A stretch of 64,000 nucleotides of DNA from the human T2T-CHM13v2.0 reference genome, Homo sapiens: the NCBI RefSeq assembly GCF_009914755.1, contig NC_060926.1; one strand, 5' to 3'. Made by a program: the position numbers and the translations under genes. This document shows positions 1 to 14,797 of this stretch, piece after piece (within the stretch, counting starts at the first letter, position 1; every line of letters starts with the position of its first letter). A model generated the notes under the pieces. The model was not told the DNA's origin and ran no database searches. It saw only the letters and a program-made list of their open reading frames with translations.

Positions 1-610
<610 letters not shown>

Positions 611-3278
611 AGAAAGGAAGAAAGACAAATTGAGACTCTAGAAGGCAGCCTGAGAGGCCCAGCTGGCCTTCCAGGTGAACCAGTCTTGTAAAGCCAGAGC
701 CTCCGTCCCCAGAGCTCCCCGCCAGTCTCTACCCTTTGCTCTGCTTGCAATCCCCTGCTACCTCCAGGCCCAGCAGATTCCAGGCGTCTTCAGCACTTCC
801 TCTCCCCTCTCCTCCCCTCCTACGAGCTACGCTGCTGTGGTGAGCAAGACAGGCTCCACAAAAGGGGTGGAGGGCCCCTGTGGGTATCAGTGAAGGAGGA
901 CCACCTCAAGGGTGGCCGGTTTCCAGGGCAGTGGGGGTTGCCCTGAGGTTTAGTAACTAACCATGAATTAATGAGTCTGAATGCTCCGTGGCCACACTGG
1001 AAGGAACCACAGGTCCTGCCCGGCCCAAGCATCCGGCTGGTGGTTGGTTCACCGTCCAGGAGTAGGAGTGCCTTGGGGATGCAAACAGGGCCACTTCTCT
1101 CCTAAGGGATCTCCCTCATTGCTGCCAACCTGATGCGGGGGGCTGGGGACCCTGCCCAGTGACTTTGCTGGCAAATGAGGTTCTTTCAGGGTGGCAAACC
1201 TCTGGCCTCTTCTGTGAGCACAGCCCTAAGCTGCGGTCCTGCTGCATGGCCCCCACAGCACCCTGACATCCATAGCAGATCTCTGTGGACACCTATACGT
1301 GCCATGTACTGGGACAGACTCAGGGCTCCCAGCGTTCACCCCTGAATGGGGCACACACTGGTCACTTGAGGGTGACGGGGAGACCCTGTCTGCACCACTG
1401 GCTGCTCACTACCACCATCCAGTCAGTGAGCAGCAGCTGTGATGTGTGGCCATCCCCGAGGCGCCCTATCTGTAGTGGGGGTCACCTGTGTCTGTGCAGC
1501 CGGCCTACGTCCCTCCCTCTCACAAGTAGCGGGAGGGGTCAGCCCCTGAGACCCTCTGTGGGTAACAGGGCAGCTTCTCCGAGGAGGGTGAGGACATGGC
1601 CAGTGAGGCTAAGGCACACAGGCAGGGCCAGACCAAGGAGGGTCCGGTTCACTCTATAGGAAAACGAGGTTGAACGAGTAATGGCCTTGAGTGTGAAACT
1701 CACATGGATTTCAAAGATGAAGCATGAAACATCAAAGAACTCGAAATGCGCTATGAAATAATTCTAGTCTGCACGAACTGCAGCTTCTTGTGAAAGCCCA
1801 CAGAATGATCGCCTGGATCATGCACTTCGGCATTTAATTATGCTTGGTTTAATGCCTTCTGTGACCTGAAGCTGTTCTGACATTTTTCTGGGCACTGGTT
1901 TAGTGTGCCCCACAATCAGGTAAGATCTAGGCACTGCTGTCAGGGCGTGGCCACTTCTAAAGTCCAGAGTCTGGATTCTTACAGGACAAACTTAGAACTG
2001 GCCTGGGAGCCCCACTCAAACATACAGCACCCCAGGGAAAATCCTGCAGGTACAGCCCATGAGCTCTGAGTGCCTTCCAGGCAGGAGGGCGGGGCAGGCA
2101 GGCACGAGCTGAGGCCAGCATCAACCAGGCCGGGCACTGCAGCCCATGGTGCCTGTCTCTCACTCCTCCAGTGGGTCATGCCCATGGCTGCAGGCGGCTT
2201 CATTTTGTCTCCTCTGCCTTCGAGTGCTGATCTGACCCAAACTCATGCCTGCATCTTCTTATTGCTGACTCTGCCTTCCGGAAGCTCAGGACTCCAGCCA
2301 GAAATGAGACTTCAAACCTGGTTCAGGGCATGTGGGAAGTCTGGGGCGGGCGAAGGAGGGGCACAGGAGATTGGAGCCTGGTGAGGGGCTGGTGCAGTAA
2401 CTCCACCTCTGGGAAGGTGCTGGCCCTGGAGGGAAGGGCTGAGACATGGCAGGGCTGCCTCAGAGGGTGTGCACTGGAGTGTGAGCTGTCACAGGGAGTC
2501 ATGGCCATGCAGGCGGAGGCCGACGGCAGGCACACAGTGGATGGTCCTGCGGCTCACGGAGGGGGAGCTGACAAGTCCTGAAGATGTGGAGAAAGGCCTG
2601 CACCAACCCCTGGAGCTGACTGTGGGGTTCCACGAGCAAGGGTCTATCCCCCTCCAATGTGCAGGACAACAGCACTCTGTGGTCATGGTTTTGTAAGATA
2701 TATACATGTTCAGAAAAAACACCACCCAGGACAGAAATGGACTACTCAGTGGCTGTCTCGGCAGTGAGATAATGAATTTTTTTCAACATTTTACTATAAA
2801 AATGTTTGAACTGACAGGAGTTGAGAGTTCGGTGAAAACCCATAAGCCCAAATGTGACCATAACATTTTCTTTATATATTTCTATATTGTCTGTAATTAA
2901 ACATTACATAAACAACCTAATAGGAAATATGACCCAAGAAGAAATGATTTATAAGAAATAATGTAATGAAGATCACAAAAGCCTCCCCGCTGCATGGGAC
3001 AGGGTGTAGGCTGCAAAGGGGCCATTAGACGGGGCCGGCCGCACCAGTCCTGCTTGCACTGCATTTGTCCAGGGTGAGCCCTGTTCCTCAGGCCCCTCCC
3101 CTCCCATGCCCGAAGCTGATGGGGGTGCGGGGGTGGGTTCCATGAAACAAGGGTCTAACCCACAAGTTTCTAAACTCAGACCCTGAAACAATGGCAATTT
3201 TTATACCAGTGCCAACAGAGGGGAAGCTCCCTAAATGTGGGTGAGGACGCTGTCATTTAGAGTCAGAATGACAGAACC

Positions 3279-3300
3279 TTTTTTTTTTTTTTTTTTTTTT
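3279..3300 (+). repeat. T22 homopolymer
   Basis: Direct reading. Confidence 0.95.
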
Positions 3301-3587
3301 AAGAAATACTGTTGCATTACTTCTGACTCAGTTACTGAAAGAAAATGAATGGTTTTCCGTGGCTCAGAGGAAGAGTCCTTGGGGGGCCGGCTTCAGCGAA
3401 ACAACAAGCATGCCTGTCACATTCTAGCCCCCAAGGACAAGGACATGGCGTGGTGAGGAAAGCTCTGAGAGGGGCTCTATTCCAATGGTGTGCTTTGATC
3501 TCCCAGGGACCAGGGGTCCCACCATGAGGACAGAGGCCACACCATGAAGGTTGCATCTCAGTGATTAGTTTTAAAAACCCTACTCCA

Positions 3588-3757
3588 GGTCAGGCACGGT
3601 GATGCACACCTCCAGGTAGTCCCAGCTACCTGGAGGCTGAGGTGGGAGGATCACTTGAGCTCAGGATCAGGAGTTCAAGGCTGCAGTGAGCTGTGATTGT
3701 GCGACTGCACTCCAACCTGGGCAACAGAGCGAGACTTTGTCTCTCAACAGAACAAAA
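3588..3757 (+). mobile_element. Alu monomer (FRAM/AluJ right-arm-like)
   Basis: gtagtcccagctacctggaggctgaggtgggaggatcacttgag...gctgcagtgagc...gcaacagagcgagac; degenerate TSD aaaaccctactcca / aaaacctggactcca. Confidence 0.85.
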
Positions 3758-5799
3758 CCTGGACTCCAAGGGCACCAGAAATTCAGAGAGGCAACCTGGG
3801 AGAACATTCCTCTGAGGACCGCGTGAGCACCCGGCCACACTCAGCGACAGCACCTGCTTCCCCAGCCTACCCTGACTGCTGGCCTTGCCCCAGACCCATG
3901 GGACACCACAGGGTACCAGGATGGCTCTCTCCGGAAAGCGACCGGGCCTCACTGAGGCCTGGATCCTCATCACAGGAAGGAAATGAGAACCTTCAGGAGG
4001 ACGCCAAAGCTGGGAGCTCACGGCATAACACACCACCGTCACCCTCATCAGCATTGCCTGCTGCCAACCCCACCAGGGGCCCCCGGTGCCCATGCCTCTG
4101 ACAGCACCAAGCAGTCCGGCTTCTGCCCAGTTTGTTAGAAAAAGTGGAAGTCTGATTTTGGCTCCAAGTCCCACTGTGGGGTGGAAGCCGCTGAGCGCCC
4201 CACTTGGGGCGGGTGGCTGCCTCCTCTTTCCTGTGGCAGGAAGCAGCCCTCAGGCGCAGCTCTCCAGGGCCACAAGGCCGGGCTGGCTGTCCATGGTGTC
4301 ATTCCTTCTGAGAGGGGGCACCTGCAGGTCCAGGAGGGCAGGGGATTGGGAGACAGCCCAGAGGAGACGACCCGCTCCCAGGAGGCACAGGCATGTGAGC
4401 CACTGCCTGAGAGGGAATGGCTTCCCCACCGCTCTGGTGTGCCTGCACCTGACCCAGTGCCGCAGCACCAGGCCTGGCTTGGCCCAAGGGCAGGCAGCCC
4501 CTCCCCTCTGCCTGCAGAAAAACCCAGATCATCAAGTTCTGAGCTGGCGGCAGCAGGCTGGGGAGCCCCTCTACAAATGCAACACAGAAAATGCTGGGCT
4601 AAGGCTGTCCCTTCTTGGTGACGTCTGTAGAAGAGTAGTCAGATTTTTTTTTTTTCATTAACTCAATCTGCTTCCAAACATACCCAGGTCTGGAGAGGGG
4701 CCCCATGACATCAGTGGTCAGGTGCTGTGTGGGCACAGGGGGCAGTCCTCACCCATGTGCTTCCTGGGAAGGCTGTGCTGCCCACACCCCTTCCAGAGAG
4801 CCCCCTCTTGCCTCAGGACACACACAGGGCAGGCAGAGCCTGCAGCTGATGGGACCTTTGGCAGGACACCCGGATGGACAGGTGAGGCTGACCCAACCCC
4901 AGGGAGCCCCTCACCAGTGACCTGACAGCCTGGGCGTGTCCCAGCTGGAGAGATGAGGAAGCAACACCAGAGAGGCCAAGGCTACTCACCCCCTCAAGCA
5001 TGGGCTGGGCTTGGAGCTGGGTCAGCTGAGATCCAGCCTCAGCCCAGCCCCTTGGCAGGAAGGGAGCAGCAGGGCTGAGGCCCATCTCCCTGCCCTGCCC
5101 CCTCTGGCAGACGGAGGCACCTGGGTCTGGACAGGACTGGCCAGCTGGTGCCTGCTGGCCTCATGACGCTGCTTCTGCTCTGCCTACCTCTAGCAAAGTG
5201 TGGCATGGGGGGTGGGGGTGCCTCCTTGGTTCACCCAGGGGAGCTGAATTCTTACGGATGGGTGGAAAGGCAGTCCAGGTGGTACAGGGCTCTGTGCTCA
5301 TGTGGCCCTCAAGAGAGAGGCTTAGAAAACAGTGCAGAAAGTCCCTGAGGAGGAAGACGCCCAGGAGATGATGTGCAGCCAGGTGTGGCTGTGTGACTGT
5401 CCGGCCATCAGGATGTCCTTAGAGACAGCCTTCTTTGCCCTGTTTTCCTGCTGCTGACCGGAAAGCGGATGTGACCGCGGAGCACCAGCAGTCACCTTGG
5501 ACCATGAGGCAGAAGCCCCACTTTGTAGAGCGAAGAGAAAGAGCCTGGGTTCTTGGTGTTTCCTTGGCGTTCCACCAGCCTGGTCTGCTTATGCTGGGCT
5601 CCCTTCCAAAGGGAGGGAAATAAAAAATAAACTGCTGCCCTGTTTTGGCCTCTGAACCTAATCCATCTATTCAGGGAGATACACCAGGGACCTGAATGAG
5701 ATGACAGGGTGGGCTCCCGGGCGGGGCCAGGAGGGCCTGGCAGCAGCCTGGGCTCAGGAGTAACTGAATTATTAATTTACTGAACTCCTGGCGCTTTAC

Positions 5800-5945
5800 C
5801 CAGTCACCCCATAGGCATGAATTATTCTCATTCTGCAGATGAGGAAACTGAGACCCAGAGAGGTTCAATAACTAGCCCAGGCCACATGGCTGGTCAGGGC
5901 AGCACTGGGATTGGAGCCCATGTCCACCTGGACCCAGGCTGTGAC
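5800..5945 (-). mobile_element. MIR SINE
   Basis: Core cattctgcagatgaggaaactgagacccagagagg...ggccacatggctggtcagggcagcactgggattggagccca. Confidence 0.8.
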
Positions 5946-8452
5946 TGACTGAAGAGAACTATTCACCTGCTGAGCCACAGCCTCCAGGCTGGAAGGGCAG
6001 GCTGACCTTGCCAGTCCCCAGAGGCTAGGCAGATACAATGGCCTGGCAATGCTGCTCAGGACGCCCTGCTGACTACTGCCCAAACCATGGCCAGGGTGGT
6101 GTTTTCTGACTAGGAACAAAAATCACAGCCCGTTTCCTTAGAGCACAGTGCATCAGTGAAGAGTCAGAGTGGTCTGCATAAAGAAAAAACCACCTTTAGC
6201 CCTGCAGTGAAGACGCGGCAGTACTGGGCTGAACCACTGTAAACAGAAACTGCGGCTGTCCAGCAGCACCAGAGGGACAGAGCCGAAGCCCTGGACTCTG
6301 GCCCAACCTGGTGGTACCTCACTGTGGGTCACTGGGCGGGCCTTCCTCTGGCCTCCTGGACAGGGTCTGTCTGGTCCCTCACAGCCCTACCCAGCCCCCA
6401 CCGGCCCGCGGCAGATGGTTGAAAACGCTGCGGGTGCAGAGCTGGGCTGCGGCCTGAGGAGCTGAGGGCAGCTCCGCCAGCGTCCTAATGGCACTGCCAG
6501 CCCCTGCTGGGAAGCCAGATGGGCAGAGACCCCGAGGCAGGAGGGCATGTCGGGGGCAGGCCTGTGTGTCCCTGCAAGGCAGGAAGTGGCAGGGTGGGGA
6601 CAAGGCTGCTTGAGCCCCACCTCTGTGCCTCTGCAACTGCCCCAGCCCCTTCCTGCTCCCACCAACCGGTGGAGGCCTGGAATCCAGGGAAGACGCTTGT
6701 GCCTGCCAGGATCTCCTACCTGGAGGGGAGCTGGGCACTGCGGAGGAGCAGAGGGCCCAGCCTGGAAGCCTGAGCGTGCCCAGGGCGCACAGCCCAGCCC
6801 GGCATGTTGGGCTCCAGGTGCTGCAGGCCACAGCTCCTAACACAGGCGGTGCTGACCGCCCCACATCTGGGGCCTCTGGACCTCAGGGGACCAGACACCC
6901 TGGGGAGGGGCTCACGGATTCCATCCTCACTGCCAGGGGGCTGTCATCTCCACTTTGACTCACTCAGCTCCTCCTCCAAAGTCACCTCTCCAGCAAATAA
7001 AAACAGCTGTCCTATCAGATCCAAGCACCTGGCTCCAGGCCCACAGCTGTGTGTCCTGGGCAGGCCACCCCTGCGAGCCCACTTTCCTGCAGTTGAAAAA
7101 GGCCAGGACTCTCTGGCTCCCCAACACAGTGCTGGGGCAGTGTCCCCCGAGCCCAGGGTGACTGCTTAGGGGCTCTGGGGCACTGCACAGAAATCCGCTC
7201 ACAGCAGGGGTCACTGCAGGCCTCTGTCACTGCAACAGCTCCCAGTCTGGACAGAAGGGGCCCTGGTAGGTTTCCAGCCCCAGAGCTCAGCAGTGCTCAC
7301 ATCTCTGTCTTCCCACTGGCCTAGTTCTTCCTTGGTGGCAGGGACCCCAAATGACGGGGAGCAATCCCAGTGACCCCCTGGCAGAGGACATAGTGGTTTA
7401 GGAGTTACTGTGCAGCTATGCTGTGAGATGGTCTGCTCCACTTGGAGCAGCCAGGGAGGTGTCCATGGAGGAGGTGACCCCGGGCCAGGTCTCTCAGGTG
7501 AGGTGGTGGCCTCCAGCAGTGCCACTTACACCTGGAACTCTGTGACAGCTGGAGGTTGTTGGGCCCCATGTCCTGGTCCTCGTGAGCATGTCTTCTGCAG
7601 CCTCGGCCTCCCCCTCGCTCCTCCCTCCCCCATTATAGGGATGGCAGGGGTGGGCTTTGGCCAGGCTGCTGGAGTGTGGGTCTACCCCTGTGGGTGAGGT
7701 GCCTGCTGGCAGGAAGTCCTCAGCTCCCTCCTGAGGAAGATGCAGGGAGCTCTTGGGGGCTTCCTGAGTTCTAGAGCTATCGCCACTCCTGCCGAAACAT
7801 CTCTCCCACTGCAAGCCTGGGTTAAAATGCAACTGACTCCTGGGACTGTGGAGATTTGGATACAAAAATGGCAAAAATGGACCCCACAACTGTAAATCCC
7901 ACATTCCAGGTCAAGAAATGGAGGCTGGGTGGCCCTTTCACCTGCCGAGGGACACAGGCCTGGACGGAGCTGGAGCAGGGGGGCTGAGTCAGACCCACGG
8001 GGCAGCCCCCCACCCTCACCCCACTTCCAGGGCCCCACAGCCACCCTCCTGCCGGCCCTGTTCCCGGGGGCTTTCCTGCAAGGATGTAGGCTTCCTGGCT
8101 GGACCCTGCTCTCAGGCTCCCACAGCCAACTCTGCAACTAGGTGCTCAGACAGGGCAGGGGCACCCAGCTTAGGCATCTCGGCTCCACCCTCCGATGGCC
8201 CGTGCCCAGGTTGCCAACACAGGCACCTGGTCCCCTCATCCACAGGCGGCCCCCCACCCTAGGGGCCTTCTCTTGCCTCCCTCCCACCTGTTGCCACCTG
8301 TCCCCAGTCACACAAGGCCCCAAGTCTCTGCCATCCCTCCCACATTACACCCATGGGCACACACCAGCCTGTGCCCCAGCTACTCATCCCTTTGTCCCAG
8401 GTGCTGTGCACACAGCAACGCCTACCATACTGTGGAGGTGACATCGTCCCTC

Positions 8453-8748
<296 letters not shown>

Positions 8749-11700
8749 TAACGGGGCTGACTGAGCCCCTGAGAGGTTGTGACTTTCCCAGGGCCAGAGC
8801 CAGAAACGGAGAGGGACCCCACGGCTGCAGACCCCCACCCCCCACCTGGTGGTTTGGGCCTAAATGCTGAGCTCAGTTTTTCTGGACCTGCCAGTGCTCC
8901 TCCTTGGAGGCTTCCAGGATGTCATCACTGTGGCCCCACTGGCAGGCCTGGTGCCCGGGCCTCACCAGAGCACCCTGTGCTGCGACCCGACCTCTGGCCT
9001 CCAGGAAACAGGCGGCATGCCAGAGAACACACGCTGATGGAGTGCCTACTGCGTGCTCTAGGTCGCCGACCACCAGCCAAGCCCTGGGGCAGCAGTCCCC
9101 ATCTAGCCTGTTTTCCAGTAAGGGAAATGAGTGTTCCACGCTCTCTGGGTTCTACCCTTCTTCTTTGTAGCCTCCCAGCCAGGGGTCTGGTGGAGGTCTG
9201 ACTCCTCTGTCCTGTGCCCTTGGATGTGGTATGGAGGAGGGGAGAATAAGGCAGCCCCCAGGTTCTGGGCGCACCCCACTCCCTACGTGGGAAGGGCAGG
9301 TGGCTCCCTCTCTAGCCTGCCGTGGTGGCAGGGTCCACAGACCCCACTGGGGCCCAACAACGTGAGGCCCTGCCTTGCCCTGCACTGGGCGCCTGTGTAC
9401 CCAGTCTCCCAAGGCCTTGTCCCACCTCACAGCCAAGCTGCTCACCTGGATGCCTGCCGCTACGGCCCAGCTCTGCTACCCTGAGGACTCAGCTGCACTG
9501 TGCAGGGAAGGTTCTAGGACCAGGGGAAGCCTTGGGGGATGGGCAGGGCTGTCTGCCCAGCACCTGGGCCAGTGAGGCTCGAGGAAAGGCCCGTCTGTGG
9601 CACCCCTGTCTCTGCCTCCACCCTGCCAGGCTGACTCCTGCCTGGGGGTCCATACACTGTCTCCCTTCCCATGGTGGGTGTCCCTGCCTGCCAGTTACTG
9701 CTCCCAGCTGGCTCGGACAACCATCCCCATGGGCCAGGGCCTTTCTCCACTGATGGGTGGTACTGGGAGCTGAGGGCCTCCACCCCACCCTCAGGCCGGC
9801 AGTGGGACAGGTGCCGTCTGCCCCAAAATAGCTCTGTCCGGCAAGGGGGCTGAGGAATTGGATGAGACAGCCAGAGGGGACACAGGTCCCAGTGTCAGAT
9901 GGATGAACAGGTGGGATTCCTGCTCTGCCAGCTGTCCTGTGTGGCCTGGGGACAGTCACCCTGGCCCCTCTGAGCCCCAGGGACTGTCTCCATAAAACTC
10001 GTAGACAGAAAGCCACTTCCCAGACTGGCGATCTGGTGTGTGGCGTATGTAGGGAGACTTAGAGCCTACAGCACCCTGCAGGGGTGAGGGCTCATCCAGC
10101 CCAGGACTGGCGTGGGGGACCCCAGCAGGTGCAGCAGATGTGAGCTGTGTGATCTCACCTTGTCACAGTCCCTGTCCCATCCAATCTGCCATTCCTATTC
10201 CTCCCTCCCAGGGGGAATCTATCGTGGCCGAGGTCTGCGGGCTGGAGCCAGGGTCCTGCTCTCACAGCATCCTGCAGGGCCAGGAACATAGACACTAAAG
10301 ACCCAGGCAAGCAAGCGCCAGGGAGGGGTGGGTCAGGGGGCCTCATCAGACTGCAGGTCAGGAGCTTGGAGGACGAGGAGGAGCAGGCCTGGCAAGGGGG
10401 CTGGGGAATGAATTCCAGACAAACCTGCAGAGCAGCAGAGGACAGGCAGGAGGCCGGGCAGGGCCCCTGGGAGCTTGCACTGCACGCCCAGGCTTTGCAG
10501 GCCATCCAAATGCACGGGTTGGTCAGAAGAGGAAATGAGTTCATGGTTTCAAGGACAGGACACTGCTATTAAATGGTGGGAAAAAGGAAAACTTCTGACC
10601 TTGTGTCAAAATACTGACTTGTTAAAAAATAAAAAACAAGAGGCTTTATTAGCGTAGGTTTAGGAAATACCTCCTCAGCCCCTTCCCTAACAACGTCTGC
10701 AAGCGGGTGAAAATCTTTGCTGGCTTTACAAACAAGGTCAGCAAAGGTTTCAGAAAACAGAGCAGGCTGCTGGCCACGATACGCCTTGCCTCCTGCAAAG
10801 CTGTGCCCACCCAGATAGAGAAACCAAGGCCCCACCTGGTTGCCTGGGGAACAGCATCCCCCAAAGCAGGAGGCCCCTCTGAATGCCTCCTAGGAGCCTG
10901 AGACTCCCACCTTCCCCTTGGGGTGGTCGGGGAGCAAGTGACCAGGAAGCAGAGGCCCCACACTGGGGGAAGCCCAAAGCTTTTCCTTCAAAGCCCCCTG
11001 ACCTGCATGATCTCATTGCGCCCTGACAAGGAACCCTCTGGGGCAGGGGGTGGCTTAGCCATCAGGTGGACACACACTGTGGGGTGCCATGCAGGCCACA
11101 CCCGCCACACCTCCACAAAGGCACTGATGGGAAGGAAGCGCCCAACCCCTCCTGGTCCCAGGAATGGTCACTCCCATTCCTGACCAGGGCAGTCCCCCTG
11201 CAAGAGCACCTCAGTGGATATATCCAGGGCCCAGGGCACTCCCCCAGAGAAGGTGCAGGTGAGGCCCCTTCCCCTGAGATGCACTGCCCAGCTGTGGGCA
11301 GGGACAGCTGCCCCCCCTACTCAGTGAGGGTGAACGAGACCCCCAGCAGGTCCCCTGACGGGCTGCTTCTCCAACAGCACTGAAGTGGGGGTGCACAGAG
11401 AACTGGGCAGAGAGCCGGGATGTGAGGCTTAGGACTGCCTCCACCTAGCAGGTGTCAGGTAAGGCTGTGACTTCTGGAGGTCCTAGAAGTCACCCCCAGG
11501 GTAGGGGCCACAAGAGGAGGTGCTGACAATGTCCTCCCAGCAGGGCCAGCTAGAGACGCCGGGTCCAGGGGTGCTCTGCACCAGCCCTCTTCAATGAGGG
11601 GAGAACAGGCGGATGGCTTTCTGGGAGCTTGACCCTGTCCAAAAGCCCAGCATGGCTGTGAGCAGCCCGGGCCCAGATGCTGCTGACTGGACACCTGGAA

Positions 11701-13799
11701 TGGGGCTCTGCCGAGGTCTTCCATGAGCAGAAGGGGTGAGGACCACCTCCTCACCTGTGTCCCACTGCCCTTCAGACTCTCCTGCCTGCTGCTCCAAGGC
11801 AGGGCTCCAGCAAGGCCATGAGGGCCCTGCGGGGCTGCTCGCCGGTCATGAAGGCTGCCCATTCATATTTCACACCTGCCTGCCTGGCACTTTCTGGCTT
11901 CTGACACCGGCAGGCGAGATGTCACTTATGCCTGAACGCACACACTCATACCTTGGGGTCAGGAGAAGGTGACAGTGCCCTGCTTCTTCACAGGGCACGC
12001 AGTCGAGCAGCAGGGCAGCTGACTAGGGGCGGGCTGGCTCGGCCTGAGACCTGTCTCCAGAGCCATGGCCTCCTCTTGTCCTGGCCAAGAGCTCTGGGGC
12101 TCACTCCTTCTGCTTCTAGGCCTTTTGCTGAGGCTATTGCGAGGACTCACGTGGCCCTTCCTCTTCCTTACAGCCTGTAACTACACATCCACCATGGCTG
12201 CTTGGGCCCACCAAGAGAGACGTGGAGGCCCGAGAGGGAGGCTGGCGGCAGCGTCAGGTCCTGCCGGGGTGTGCAGTATTTGTACCCTGCTATGAAACTG
12301 TCCCTGCCAGGTGAGAAAGTGCTCAGGGCCCTGAGGCCAGCCAGCACGACTTGATACCTACGCCCGGTGACTCCATGGCAGTAGAAAAGCACAGCCCTTC
12401 TGGGGACTCTGCATTAACACAGAAGCTCATATCTGTGTGCACAATGGGCAAAAGAGCCACATCAAAGCTTGTGGGTACAGCCTGATGCCAACTCTGGAAA
12501 ACACATCAACTGGAGAGATGGAGCAGAAATGCAACCCGCGCCAGGTGCCCTGGGCCTAGTGCCCTGGGCCATTTTTTCTTTTACTTTTTCTGTATTTTTC
12601 CGATTTTATATAACCATGCATGTATTAGAAAACAAACAAACAAACAAAACAATCTAATCTGACTTTCTCACAGGAGGTAGGAGAGTCAGGGAGGCCTGGG
12701 AGGCTCAGGGCCTCCCCAGCAGCCTCTCAGGACATCTCCAAAGCCACAGGATCATCACCAGTAATCAGCCTTTCTCGGGGTCAGGAGGGCGAGAGCTCAT
12801 CTGAGGATCACTGGGGGTGTCCCTGGGACCCCTCCAGGCTCCACCTCCTGCTGACCCCACAGCAACTCATGTCAGGGTCCGAGGCAAAGTCCTGGTTCTC
12901 ACCCACGACCCCACAGAGCCTCTCTGCAGCGAAGAGGGGCTGACACCTGCTCCCTCAACCCCCGAGTCCATATAAACACAGAGGCGGCCGCGGAGAGATG
13001 GCCTTGCATGCTCTTGAATGTAGACTATTCTTCCCCAGACAGGGAAATTCAGAGCCTAAACAGCCCACCCCAGAGATAAGCCATTCTGTGCCCAAGCTAA
13101 CTGCAGTATCCAACTCTATACTCCCATGGCCCTGGCTCTACTTACAAGGAGGGCGACAGCTCCGGGTGATGCACTGAGAAAGCTGTCACCTGAGCAGTGA
13201 CCCTGGGGACTCGGGAATGCTGACTCTCCAGAACCAGCCATTTTATGGCCCCCCATCAAGCACTTCTGTGGTTGGTGCCTCCAAAAAAGGTTAGGGCCCA
13301 GCAGGCATTTGCTCATTTTATTCCTGCAACCCCGGTACGGTCGCCACTATTAGATCCCCCTGCAGATGGGCAAATGGAGACTCAGAGATCCTTCTGCAGC
13401 CAAAGTCTCCCAGATACCAGAGGTGTCTGACTTCATAGGCCACAAGGCATGTCTGCTGCTCACCCACGTGCACGGTCCCTGAGATGAGCAGCACGAAGCT
13501 CCCAGGAGAACCCGGCGCGCCATTGGCAGCACCAGAAAACAGGTCTCCAGCTTGCTAAGGGATCTGCCATCCAGCAGCTGTGTGGCCCTGACGAGTTCCC
13601 CAAGGAATGCATCTGTCATCTGTTTCCTCCTTGCACAAAACAAGACAATATGCCTCCTGGAGGTCACAGCATGACGCTCGGCATGAGGATGGGCCCACCC
13701 CAGCTGGCAGGGAAAGAGAGGAAGCTGCCGGAACAGACCTACCTGCTTTCACCAACCACAGGCCAGAGGCACCAGGAGAACATGTAAGAGATAGAGAGA

Positions 13800-14766
13800 G
13801 GATAGCTGTCAGTCAAATTATTTGTATAAAATGTCCAAATATAAGTCACAAATAGCCCGATAATCTCAAAAAGCAAAAATCAAAGCAGTAGTTTAAAATC
13901 TTCCTAAAATATTGAGGAAATGCCTGCAGCTTACATTCAAATGATTCTACTAAAATGCAAAAGCATGTATATAACTACATATATAAATATACATGTAAGT
14001 ACACATGTATCTACAGATATACATATATGTAAACAGCAAGTGAGAGCACCCACTCACAAGCACAAATATTGCAAAATGTTAACAAGCAGTGGGTCTCGGT
14101 GAAAGGTATGAGGTTCACTTTACTACCATTTCAACGACTTTGTAAGTTTGACATTTTTCAAGATAAAAAGTTAGGGGTAAAATTCCTACAAAGAAAGTGC
14201 TGGGCTATTTCTACCAAATTTTAAAAGAACCAGATTTTTGTAAGCAAACCCTCCTAGACAAGAGTAAAGCAGTGGACACTCCCAATTCATTCTATGAGGC
14301 CAACATAATCCTAATACCGAAGTTGGACAAATGCACAAGAGAGGAAAATTGCAGCCTGGTGGACACATCTGCTAAGCTCAGAGTTCAAATATAGATACAA
14401 AAATTCCTCAACAAAAATCTTATCAAATCCAACCCAATTGAGCATATAAAAGATATTACACTACGACCATACTTAGTAACCCCAGGTATGCAAGGATGGC
14501 TTAACAGGAGAAAATCCATACATGTGACTCATCACAGCAACAGACTACAGAGCTCAGTAAATGTGTAAGAAGCATCTGCTAAAAACACTATTCATAATAA
14601 AAACTCTCAGGAAACTAGGAATAGAAGTCCCTTAATTTGGCCAGGCGTGGTAGCTCACACTTGTAATCCCAGCACTTTGGGAGGCTGAGGCAGGTGGATG
14701 ACTTGAGGTCAGGAGTTCAAGACCAGCCTTGCCAACATGGCGAAACACCGTCTCTACTAAAAATAC

Positions 14767-14797
<31 letters not shown>

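Noticed and set aside
1715-1830. Scattered words resembling 5.8S rRNA (gatgaag, cgaaatgcg, gaactgcag, gatcatgcacttcg)
   Set aside because: Matches are short and unevenly spaced with no continuous alignment, consistent with chance.
3279-3300. T22 run as a retrocopy tail or polyA site
   Set aside because: No adjacent SINE/mRNA body or TSD recognised. It is A22 on the transcript strand and likely only an internal-priming artefact source.
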